From the IMG/VR virus record IMGVR_UViG_3300048504_000529: a DNA stretch of 20,000 nt; one strand, written 5' to 3'. Made by a program: the position numbers and the translations under genes. The notes under the pieces are model-generated. The model made no database searches and was not told the DNA's origin. It saw nothing but the letters and a program-made list of their open reading frames with translations. Below, one piece after another: positions 1 to 7,556 of the stretch. The stretch comes from an uncultured virus (IMG/VR IMGVR_UViG_3300048504_000529) (lineage: Duplodnaviria; Heunggongvirae; Uroviricota; Caudoviricetes). Positions within the stretch are counted from its first letter, which is position 1, and each line of letters starts with the position of its first letter.

Positions 1-1112
1 CCACTATCTCGTCCACTGTCTCCATCGTTCAAGTGAGAACCTATGGCAATTACTTCACCATCGTCACTCATGCTCACACTCCAACCAAAATTATCTAGAA
101 AACTTTCTCCGTCAATATCTTGACCAACTTGAACCCACTCGGAACAATCCCATTGATAAACTCTAGCATGACCACCTGCCGGATTTGATTCACTATTAAA
201 AGGAGCACCAATTATTACACGATCACCAACTGCGTTGGTATCAACACTCCATCCAGAACGATCTTTACTTGCTTCTCCGTCAATGTCTTCTCCTAACTGC
301 TTCCATTGTAATGTTATCGGAGTATCCGTTGGTGTAAGAGTTTGAGTCGGAGTTTGAGTTGGGGTTGGGGTTGGGGTTGAATCTTCTTCCCACACATTCG
401 GTACAGGAAATTTATTTTCAAGGTTACCTTTAAAACACTCACCAGTTTTTGTGCTAAATCTAAAATTCGTTCCTGCTTGCAAATCACCACTTATTTTTAT
501 TTCCAACGAACCATCCGTAAATTGTAAATCACCAAGTGCAACAATAAATGGAACAAAAGTTTTATCTCCTTGAACTTCTTTATCCCAACACAAAACTCCT
601 TCAAATGAGTTTGATTTAAATTCTACTTGATTTACTTGATCAGACCAAACCATTGATGAATCAAATAATGTTAAATTATCAAATTCTAAACAACATCCTT
701 TATCTTCACCGAATGTATCATCAAGTAAATTCGTTGGAGTAGGAGTTTGTGTCGGAGTTTGTGTCGGAGTTTGTGTCGGAGTTTGTGTTGGTGTTTGTGT
801 CGGAGTTTGTGTTGGTGTTTGAGTTGGTGTTGGTGTTTCTCCATTGGAAATTTTTTCTATAAATTTATATGAAACGGAATAATAATAGTATCCATTTAGT
901 TCCATAGTTAATGGTAGTTTTAGCATCTCAGGTTCACTGGTAAAATCAAATGTTATATCTCCAGTTGTTGCAGTTGTCTCTGCATATTCTATTAAAACTT
1001 CAGACTCAAGTTTCTCTGATGTGACCAAGAATTCAGTCCTAATTGGTGGTGAAATTTTATCACCAACTGTATATAGACTTAATATGTTACCTTCTAAGAA
1101 AAAGAAATCCAT
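1..1112 (-). CDS. Thr/Pro-linker + FG-GAP-like repeat (beta-propeller) protein, probable virion/adhesin protein; 3' end runs off the window
   Basis: Not in the ORF track because it is open at the edge. Manual translation from ATG 1112: MDFFFLEGNILSLY...ETPTPTQTPTQTPTQ...WKQLGEDIDGEASKDRSGWSVDTNAVGDRVIIGAPFN...ARVYQWDCSEWVQVGQDIDGESFLDNFGWSVSMSDDGEVIAIGSHLND. No stop to position 1. ATATTTATA motif lies 3 nt upstream of the ATG. Confidence 0.85.
   Translation of the reverse strand, partial: MDFFFLEGNILSLYTVGDKISPPIRTEFLVTSEKLESEVLIEYAETTATTGDITFDFTSEPEMLKLPLTMELNGYYYYSVSYKFIEKISNGETPTPTQTPTQTPTQTPTQTPTQTPTQTPTQTPTPTNLLDDTFGEDKGCCLEFDNLTLFDSSMVWSDQVNQVEFKSNSFEGVLCWDKEVQGDKTFVPFIVALGDLQFTDGSLEIKISGDLQAGTNFRFSTKTGECFKGNLENKFPVPNVWEEDSTPTPTPTQTPTQTLTPTDTPITLQWKQLGEDIDGEASKDRSGWSVDTNAVGDRVIIGAPFNSESNPAGGHARVYQWDCSEWVQVGQDIDGESFLDNFGWSVSMSDDGEVIAIGSHLNDGDSGRDS
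327..380 (-). repeat. Second TP/TQ low-complexity linker (TPTPTPTQTPTQTLTPT)
   Basis: gttggg and gtttgagtcgga units on the plus strand. Confidence 0.8.
733..837 (-). repeat. 12-bp tandem repeat encoding a (TPTQ)n linker
   Basis: Repeated gtttgtgtcgga / gtttgtgttggt units. Confidence 0.9.
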
Positions 1113-1115
1113 TTA

Positions 1116-1124
1116 TATAAATAT
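1116..1124 (-). promoter_or_regulatory. ATATTTATA motif (putative phage late-type promoter) 3 nt before ATG
   Basis: Same motif and spacing at 6854-6862 and 9335-9343. Confidence 0.6.
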
Positions 1125-1167
1125 ACCAAGAATCAGTAAGTTTTCTTAGTTTTTGTTTTAATGAAAT

Positions 1168-1944
1168 CTATTTAGGTGGATTGCTTTTATCAAAATGTCT
1201 ATTATAATACAATTTCTTTGGTTTCTCTGGCCTTGAAATTAATTTACACAATGGATTCCACATATCTTTTGTATTTGGACGATGCATTGTATCAATCATA
1301 ACACCTATATCATCATACCCCACATTAAACCCTTCTTTGCATATTAAAACTTTCCAAGAATTCAAATCTAGATGAAAATTTAAAATTGTGTGAAATAATC
1401 TTTTAGGTACAAATAACATAGTGTCTACTACAACAGGATAAGAATAACCACATTCCAATTTACCCGTTTTGCAGTGCTTTTTCCAATGCCACACCATTGG
1501 AAATTTAATTTCATCCCAGTTTGGATTGAAAACTTCTAGCATTTTATCTTTCAAAAAGACATCAAATCTTGTAATAAAAACAAAGTCATATTCAACAATA
1601 CCTTCATCAAAAGTATCAGAAACAATCTTCTTGTATTTTCGGTTAAACTCTGTCGTATGCTTATTCCGTTTCTCTATAATTTTTTTTACACTTATTCTAT
1701 GTTCTACATTTACAACTTTTTTTGTATACCAATTAACCAAGTCGTATGTGTGTTTTGTTTGGTAAGTATCAAATTTTAAATCAATTTGACATTTAAATTT
1801 AGATTCTAAATGAGATATAAACCTGATATGGGATTCAGTCGCCAGTTTTTGATTTTCAAATGATTCTTGTGTTAATGCAGTTTCTCTTGAATGACGACCT
1901 GCCTCACGAAACGATTCACCTACAAGGACAATCAACCCTCTCAT
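1168..1944 (-). CDS. Hypothetical protein, possibly glycosyltransferase-like
   Basis: The track's TTG start (1965) overlaps the upstream gene; ATG 1944 (MRGLIVLVGESFR) is more likely. YDFVFITRFD resembles the YD-x-V-x-x-x-R-x-D motif of viral GT-like proteins, but the functional call is weak. Confidence 0.65.
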   Translation of the reverse strand: MRGLIVLVGESFREAGRHSRETALTQESFENQKLATESHIRFISHLESKFKCQIDLKFDTYQTKHTYDLVNWYTKKVVNVEHRISVKKIIEKRNKHTTEFNRKYKKIVSDTFDEGIVEYDFVFITRFDVFLKDKMLEVFNPNWDEIKFPMVWHWKKHCKTGKLECGYSYPVVVDTMLFVPKRLFHTILNFHLDLNSWKVLICKEGFNVGYDDIGVMIDTMHRPNTKDMWNPLCKLISRPEKPKKLYYNRHFDKSNPPK

Positions 1945-1955
1945 GTGTGAATTAA

Positions 1956-3281
1956 TTATCTCCAAAGAAGATATCGTGTTGCATCAACATGGGTTGAATT
2001 TGTATTTTGGTGGAAACAGGCAGCGGCATAAACATTTTTATTTACCCAGGGACAATCAATAATTCTTGCAGTCCAAAGTTCACCTGTAAGATTATTTGAC
2101 ACTCTGTATATAATTTGTTTATTTACTCCGTCCCAATCAATATGATACTGCATTCCAGGTGTAAATAAGTAAACAAATGCTGTATTTGGGTTAATTCCAT
2201 GCATTTTTCCAGTTTCCTCTCCGTAATTTTGTTGAACTCCTTTTTCACGAATAGTTAACATACCATAACCCTTTGTAGAAGAAAGTTGTGAGAAATAAAA
2301 TGCGTAATCAAGTGATGAATAATTAGCAGAAGGATTTAACGATAACCCATACATTGTAGTTTGTTGTTCAATATTAGGAACTATTGTTAATCCCCATGCT
2401 CCGAGATTTGTACTTTTGGTAGATTTACTTTTGATTCCTGCGTTCCAACCGGAACCACCAGAAATTTTTTGAAATCTATTATTTGTTCCACGCATCCCAC
2501 CACCACTACTATTGTTATGAACAAATTCATCATTTGAATAACTAGGCATTGTACATCCCTCGGTAAATTTAAATCCATCTCTAGTTTCACTGGCGTTTGA
2601 ATCGTGATAAAAGTTAAATTTATAGTGCGAAGGTGATCCCGTGACACCAACTACCCCCTTGCTTCCTGTCGGACCAACGATATTGGATTTTGTTCCTTTT
2701 ACTCCAACATCTCCACCCTGAGCATTTATGCTAATTGATCCTTTTTGTCCTTTAAGTCCGACTTGTCCTTTGACTCCTTTGACTCCTTTTTGTCCGCTTG
2801 AAGCATTTTCACCAGGTAAACCAGTTGGTCCTATCTGTCCGAGTTCACCAGTGACTTGACTTCCCTTGCTACCTTTATCACCAATTATACTGCCACCAGT
2901 TTCACCGACATCACCAGTATCACCTCTGAAGTTAACCATGTCAGACGCAGACCTTGGTTGTCCTTTGACTCCTTTGAGTCCTTTGACTCCTTTACGTCCT
3001 TGGCCACCACGTTCACCTACATCGCCTTCTCCACCAGAAAATCCCTTACGACCTTCATTTGCAGAAATTCCTTTAAATCCTTTTAGACCTTTTAGACCTT
3101 CACTGCCCTTGATTCCATCATCTCCAGATCTTCCTTTTTGACCAGTTTGCTCTAGATAATCTTTTAATGATGAAAAAGATACTCTATTTGTTTTACCCAA
3201 TGATTCATCAATTACCAAGAATTCTGTATTATCATTAACCTGAGATGGTTTTAGTTCTGAGATTTTTTTTAACTCTGCCAT
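1956..3281 (-). CDS. Collagen-like fibre protein: KKISEL N-terminal module, interrupted Gly-X-Y region, C-terminal globular putative receptor-binding domain
   Basis: N-term MAELKKISEL...EFLVID; G-X-Y triplets over about aa 48-215; aromatic-rich C-terminal domain (SGWNAG...YGLSLNPSANYSSLDYAFY). Confidence 0.85.
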   Translation of the reverse strand: MAELKKISELKPSQVNDNTEFLVIDESLGKTNRVSFSSLKDYLEQTGQKGRSGDDGIKGSEGLKGLKGFKGISANEGRKGFSGGEGDVGERGGQGRKGVKGLKGVKGQPRSASDMVNFRGDTGDVGETGGSIIGDKGSKGSQVTGELGQIGPTGLPGENASSGQKGVKGVKGQVGLKGQKGSISINAQGGDVGVKGTKSNIVGPTGSKGVVGVTGSPSHYKFNFYHDSNASETRDGFKFTEGCTMPSYSNDEFVHNNSSGGGMRGTNNRFQKISGGSGWNAGIKSKSTKSTNLGAWGLTIVPNIEQQTTMYGLSLNPSANYSSLDYAFYFSQLSSTKGYGMLTIREKGVQQNYGEETGKMHGINPNTAFVYLFTPGMQYHIDWDGVNKQIIYRVSNNLTGELWTARIIDCPWVNKNVYAAACFHQNTNSTHVDATRYLLWR

Positions 3282-3295
3282 AATGTGTACCCAAT

Positions 3296-4726
3296 TTAAA
3301 GGTTATCTATGTTGTTTGAGGATTTGACCTCTGCAATTTCATGCGAAGCATCAGAATTTTGAATATTATATTTAAAATCTGACATCTTGTCCATGTAAAG
3401 TTCCTGGTTTAATATATGTTCTACATTACTATAAAAATCTGTTCCGTGGGTGTTATCAAATTCACCAAATTTATCTAATATCATATTATTGGAATAATTA
3501 CCAACTAGTATGTTGCTTATGTCAGTTGCCAAATTGGATTTTTCATTTTTAAAATATGCATCTGCTTCATCTACTCCGACTGATTCGTCTGGTATAAATT
3601 CATCACCGATGAATTCATCTGGATATGCATTGTTAGTAGGAAGATCTCCGATTTGATATCTGTGATTCATTATATGCATTGCCGACTTGGTACCGGGTCT
3701 TATATTTGTGTTGTATCCTCGTAATTCAGCTACTCGTATTCCACTTCCGACCGTACGTATCCATTCCCCACGGTGAGAACCACCTGACCGATTATCATAA
3801 TAATTGGCCCCGTTGCCTGATTTGTATTTACCTAGGCTAAGTAGTCCCGTAGAAAGATATCTTCCTGTGTATCCACCGAGTGGATTAGAGACGATATGAT
3901 ATTGCACTTGTGTTCCTTCTACATTAATTAACAGATGAAACCATTGATTATTAGGAATAGAATCTGCGTCCATCGCAATACCAGTGTAATGGAAATCTCC
4001 TTGAGTACCAGTGCTACCCTGTGCCTCAGTAAATATATAAAATTTCTTATTAGACAAATACATATTATGAATATGAGTTGCCCGTGTAAACATTACACCT
4101 AGCTCGGCATCGTATTGTCCCGATGATGACAGTCTCCAATTCTCAGAATGACTTGCTTGAGCATATTGAAATTGATGAAGTACTCCTGGTGCGTTTCTGT
4201 CGACTCTCATCATCATAGATACTGAATAATTTTTACCTAAATATGAAGTATCATTATTAGGTTTGTGTGTTGCACCCGGACAATAAAAAAGATGATGAAG
4301 TCTACTACCTGCATCACTCATATGTGCATTTAACGCGGTAGTCGTGCAAGTTCTTTTGTCACTACTTGGTAGGTGGGTAAGTGGAGGATGTGTGTTATTT
4401 ATCTTACTCCCAAGATGACTTGCGTATCTACCTTTGTTTATGTCCTGGCCAATATTTTTCCACCAAAGATTTTTTTTGTAATCATATACCATATTACCAC
4501 CATCGGTAGTTGTTGAACCAAAATTATTCATTGGTAAATAGGTTTTCATATTTGGGAGAAGTGTAGGTGTTGTATCTTCAGTCCATGCAACTGAACCTTT
4601 TACTTTAAGTTGTGGGACCCAATGATGCTTGCCGATTAAAGCTCTCTCGGCATCATTTTTTGCAACTCCAATGACAGCCGGAGCTCCCATTTTATGATAA
4701 TTTGATAAAGAAATTTTATAGGCCAT
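3296..4726 (-). CDS. Probable virion-associated protein with ConA/LamG-like beta-sandwich and acidic C-terminal tail
   Basis: 476-aa ORF between two collagen genes; segments YSVSMMMR, NNQWFHLLINV and VAELRGYN follow the LamG_3 pattern; GGAG SD upstream. Confidence 0.6.
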   Translation of the reverse strand: MAYKISLSNYHKMGAPAVIGVAKNDAERALIGKHHWVPQLKVKGSVAWTEDTTPTLLPNMKTYLPMNNFGSTTTDGGNMVYDYKKNLWWKNIGQDINKGRYASHLGSKINNTHPPLTHLPSSDKRTCTTTALNAHMSDAGSRLHHLFYCPGATHKPNNDTSYLGKNYSVSMMMRVDRNAPGVLHQFQYAQASHSENWRLSSSGQYDAELGVMFTRATHIHNMYLSNKKFYIFTEAQGSTGTQGDFHYTGIAMDADSIPNNQWFHLLINVEGTQVQYHIVSNPLGGYTGRYLSTGLLSLGKYKSGNGANYYDNRSGGSHRGEWIRTVGSGIRVAELRGYNTNIRPGTKSAMHIMNHRYQIGDLPTNNAYPDEFIGDEFIPDESVGVDEADAYFKNEKSNLATDISNILVGNYSNNMILDKFGEFDNTHGTDFYSNVEHILNQELYMDKMSDFKYNIQNSDASHEIAEVKSSNNIDNL

Positions 4727-4739
4727 GATAAAAACTCCG

Positions 4740-5456
4740 TTAAGATATGTTTAGTGCTCCACCACTCCAAGATACGGATACACTACTGTTAATTCCCACG
4801 GGACCACGAGTTCCTTGTGGTCCTCGTAGTCCTTGTGGTCCTTTTTGACCAGGTTGACCAGGTTGACCTGTTTGTCCTTTTTGTCCTTTTTGTTGGGTGT
4901 CACCTTTTTGTCCTTTTTGTCCACCGTCTCCTCCAGGTCCTATTCCTCCTGGTAATCCAGGTTGACCTTTTTGTCCTTTTAATCCAAGTCCACCTTTTTG
5001 TCCTTTTATACTAACTCCGTTGTCTCCTCGTTGACCTTTTTGGCCTGTTCCTGATTGACCTTTTTGTCCTTTTAATCCTTTGTCACCTTGTGTGGCAGAA
5101 CCTCGGTCACCTTGATCACCTCGGTCACCTTGCTCACCAGGAACTCCTGGACCACCGGGTTGACCTTTTTGTCCTTTCTCACCTTCAGATCCTCGGCCAC
5201 CATCAACACCGTCTGATCCAGAGTCTCCTCTATTACCATCACTACCAGGTTGACCAGGTTGACCTTTTTGTCCTTTGGGACCAAGCATCGCACCACCAAG
5301 TGCCGACTTAATATCTGCTAACCTTGTTTTTGAAGTGCGACCGGAAGTTCCTGCATCATCTCCACTTGTTACTGATTTGTCAATTACCACAAATTCATCG
5401 GAATCTGATAAATTATTGATCTCGTTTAGTTCGCTTATTTTTTTAACATCTGCCAT
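4740..5456 (-). CDS. Collagen-like fibre protein (KKISEL N-terminal module + GQK-rich Gly-X-Y repeats)
   Basis: MADVKKISEL...EFVVID; long G-X-Y run; strong AAGGAG SD at 5467-5472. Confidence 0.9.
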   Translation of the reverse strand: MADVKKISELNEINNLSDSDEFVVIDKSVTSGDDAGTSGRTSKTRLADIKSALGGAMLGPKGQKGQPGQPGSDGNRGDSGSDGVDGGRGSEGEKGQKGQPGGPGVPGEQGDRGDQGDRGSATQGDKGLKGQKGQSGTGQKGQRGDNGVSIKGQKGGLGLKGQKGQPGLPGGIGPGGDGGQKGQKGDTQQKGQKGQTGQPGQPGQKGPQGLRGPQGTRGPVGINSSVSVSWSGGALNIS

Positions 5457-5492
5457 TTTTAAATTGCTCCTTAAAAGTTTATCTGAAGTAAG

Positions 5493-5501
5493 AATAAATA
5501 T
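5493..5501 (-). promoter_or_regulatory. ATATTTATT variant of the putative late promoter, upstream of the fibre gene cluster
   Basis: One mismatch to ATATTTATA; lies between the terminator and the SD of 4740..5456. Confidence 0.4.
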
Positions 5502-5541
5502 ATCTAAATAATAATAATATTATGATAATTATTTATTTTAT

Positions 5542-5579
5542 AAAAAAAATGTACCCCAAACCATAAGGAAAGGGGTACA
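5542..5579 (-). terminator. Rho-independent terminator of the small membrane protein gene
   Basis: TGTACCCC (5550-5557) / GGGGTACA (5572-5579) 8-bp stem, 14-nt loop, followed by 8 U on the minus strand. Confidence 0.85.
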
Positions 5580-5587
5580 AAACTAAA

Positions 5588-5624
5588 GCCTGATTGCTCA
5601 GACATATTCTAGGTGTTACCTAGA
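5588..5624 (-). other. Two further 3' UTR hairpins
   Basis: Minus strand UCUAGGU-AAC-ACCUAGA (5608-5624) and GUCUGA-GCAA-UCAGGC (5588-5603, GNRA tetraloop). Confidence 0.65.
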
Positions 5625-5627
5625 GTT

Positions 5628-5861
5628 TTACTCTTTGTCACCTGCGATCAACGCAAGAACAACAAGAAGAGTAATTAAACCAGCAAGGCTTGCACCTTCG
5701 CCAACGAATCCGTCTACGATACCCTGAAGGTTACCGATTACGTCGAATCCAACTTTATCACCGAGGACGATTTGACCTGCTACTCCGAGTCCTACAACTC
5801 CGAGGAATATACCTGTCAAGCCCTTAACGAATCCATTTACTTTTTCGAATATTGCTTTCAT
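5628..5861 (-). CDS. Small Gly-rich membrane protein (77 aa)
   Basis: Hydrophobic segments GLTGIFLGVVGLGVAGQIVLG and LAGLITLLVVLALIAG; AAGGA SD; own terminator. Confidence 0.85.
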   Translation of the reverse strand: MKAIFEKVNGFVKGLTGIFLGVVGLGVAGQIVLGDKVGFDVIGNLQGIVDGFVGEGASLAGLITLLVVLALIAGDKE

Positions 5862-5884
5862 TTTGCTATTTCCTTATGTTCTAT

Positions 5885-5922
5885 GTTTTCTTAATTGAAA
5901 ACGTGCCTTCTTAATGAAGGAC
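5885..5922 (-). promoter_or_regulatory. Structured 5' leader: two tandem hairpins with (A)AUUAA loops
   Basis: Plus strand GTTTTC-ttaatt-GAAAAC (5885-5902) and CCTTC-ttaat-GAAGG (5906-5920); TATAAT on the minus strand at 5933-5938. Confidence 0.6.
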
Positions 5923-5973
5923 TTTTTTTATAATTATAATAATAATTTATTTTTTACTATAACTAAAGAGTTT

Positions 5974-6105
5974 TTATAAAAAGTTATACTTTCTATCCAC
6001 ACCCCCGATATGGTTGATATTACCATACATGACATTATTGTTGTCCGCCTCAAATGTATCGTTAGCATATTGCTGATTACATTTGCTATCTTTTAAAATA
6101 TTCAT
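5974..6105 (-). CDS. Small hypothetical protein (43 aa, MNILKDSKCNQQ...KYNFL)
   Basis: Manual ORF; ATG lies 9 nt after the -10 box of a TTGACA promoter, the same spacing as two other genes. Confidence 0.4.
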   Translation of the reverse strand: MNILKDSKCNQQYANDTFEADNNNVMYGNINHIGGVDRKYNFL

Positions 6106-6114
6106 AAAGTAACA

Positions 6115-6143
6115 AATATATTGCAAGATGCTATATATGTCAA
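6115..6143 (-). promoter_or_regulatory. sigma70-type promoter TTGACA-N17-TATATT
   Basis: -35 at 6138-6143, -10 at 6115-6120. Confidence 0.6.
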
Positions 6144-6158
6144 CTACTATTATGGGTT

Positions 6159-6299
6159 TTATCGTTTGAGGTGTGATCCTCGTTCTTTTGTTACTTTTTT
6201 ATCAAGTGCTTTCATTTTGAAATAATGAATAGGATAAGTTATAGGTAAGCACATATATGCTATTATCCATCCTATTTTATCAATAATATAATCAAACAC
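6159..6299 (-). CDS. Small hypothetical protein with hydrophobic N-half (46 aa, GTG start: MFDYIIDKIGWIIAYMCLPITYPIHYFKMK...)
   Basis: Manual ORF filling the gap; ATATTTATA at 6304-6312, 4 nt upstream of the GTG. Confidence 0.5.
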   Translation of the reverse strand: MFDYIIDKIGWIIAYMCLPITYPIHYFKMKALDKKVTKERGSHLKR

Positions 6300-6320
6300 A
6301 TTATATAAATATTATTAATG

Positions 6321-6683
6321 TTAGTTTTTATAATCTGTTAAATCAAAATTGTTTATTTTCATAATCCGTTTTTGTTTATCATTGGTGATGTTAACCAACC
6401 CAGGTGTCTTGGTTATTTTGACATGGTTTATTTGACACATTGTAATTTTATGGTTTTTACCATCTTCTTTGCTTAATGCCAATAATATATTGCCAATAAT
6501 GTTAATTTCGGATGTATCAAGAATACCATCACCTAAATAAAAACCATGACTTGAACTTCTATTTGTTAAATGAAACCAAGTTGCAGTCGGATGTGATTTT
6601 GTATACTCAATTACCAAGTCACTGTTTTCTTGGGCATTTGAACCAAATTTAACAATTTTGTTGTTAACTTGAAACAACTTCAT
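6321..6683 (-). CDS. Stand-alone NFACT RNA-binding domain-like protein (DUF814/NFACT-R)
   Basis: Pattern GxNAxENxxL...WFHL...SSH...V..TKTPGLV characteristic of NFACT-R. Confidence 0.75.
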   Translation of the reverse strand: MKLFQVNNKIVKFGSNAQENSDLVIEYTKSHPTATWFHLTNRSSSHGFYLGDGILDTSEINIIGNILLALSKEDGKNHKITMCQINHVKITKTPGLVNITNDKQKRIMKINNFDLTDYKN

Positions 6684-6694
6684 TTAATTTAAAA

Positions 6695-6850
6695 TTATGA
6701 TTTAATATACTTTTTATATGTAATATAAGCAATTACCACCACAGGAATAATAATTAAATAAATAGCATTAAACTGATGACTTGTATGTTCGCATAATCCA
6801 CTTACACAATCGAGATGCTTTGGATTGATTTTATCAAATATTGTTTTCAT
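6695..6850 (-). CDS. Small membrane protein with Cys/His motif (51 aa)
   Basis: Likely start ATG 6850 (MKTIFDK), 3 nt after ATATTTATA (6854-6862); HLDCVSGLCEHTSH followed by a TM helix and basic tail. Confidence 0.65.
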   Translation of the reverse strand: MKTIFDKINPKHLDCVSGLCEHTSHQFNAIYLIIIPVVVIAYITYKKYIKS

Positions 6851-7517
6851 TGTTATAAATATTATATTTATTAATTCTTTCACGCAAAATTTTTCTTTTT
6901 GCAGAAGTTTGTGGAATGCGATTGCGATACTTTACATTAAAGTTTTTGTAACCTGTTTTAAGAATCATATATCCACTTTCACCAATAAACTTCTTAACAA
7001 GTTCCAAGTAAATAAAAGCAAACATTCTTCCGTGGGTTGTATAACTTTTATTGAAATTGACTACAAACGATAAACGATCAACTATGATATGTGCCAATTC
7101 ATGTAAAATGATTGGTACATTACACATATGGTGTGGAATGCTGATAAAATCTGCACCAAACGCATATGCCATATTTTGATTTGGATTTGCTTTTTCAATT
7201 TTAAGTTCCGTTTCCGAAAATAGTCTTCCAAACTTTTTGCGAAACCAAGTGTTGTTTACAACTTCTGACATTTTTTCAATTGCATCTTCGAATGTCATGG
7301 AATTTTCGTCATGCCAAGGAATTAACGAATACTCAGCATTATACAATTTATTCATCTGAGAATCACGTGATCCGTTGTCGTAACGGTTTTTAAGCATTGA
7401 CCATGTACTGTGTGATTTACTCCAAACGCAGTTATCGTATTTACTTTTATTAAAATGCAGTATAATACCCTTTCTGTAACTCTCAATTACAACTTTGGGT
7501 TTGTGTTTTTCTCTCAT
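6834..7517 (-). CDS. HExxH zinc metallohydrolase, similar to Rv0185/TIGR04338-type (SprT-like) proteins
   Basis: RDSQxxxxYxAE, ILHELAH and downstream HGxxF motifs. Confidence 0.7.
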   Translation of the reverse strand: MREKHKPKVVIESYRKGIILHFNKSKYDNCVWSKSHSTWSMLKNRYDNGSRDSQMNKLYNAEYSLIPWHDENSMTFEDAIEKMSEVVNNTWFRKKFGRLFSETELKIEKANPNQNMAYAFGADFISIPHHMCNVPIILHELAHIIVDRLSFVVNFNKSYTTHGRMFAFIYLELVKKFIGESGYMILKTGYKNFNVKYRNRIPQTSAKRKILRERINKYNIYNNENNI

Positions 7518-7526
7518 TATTCTTAT

Positions 7527-7555
7527 ACAATAGCAAATTTTGTATAAAAAGTCAA
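7527..7555 (-). promoter_or_regulatory. Putative early promoter TTGACT-N17-TATTGT with extended TGn
   Basis: TTGACTTTTTATA core shared by four sites; ATG 9 nt after the -10 box. Confidence 0.75.
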
Positions 7556-7556
7556 G

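Noticed and set aside
1956..5456. Diversity-generating retroelement acting on fibre tips
   Set aside because: No reverse transcriptase and no TR/VR repeat pair seen in the window.
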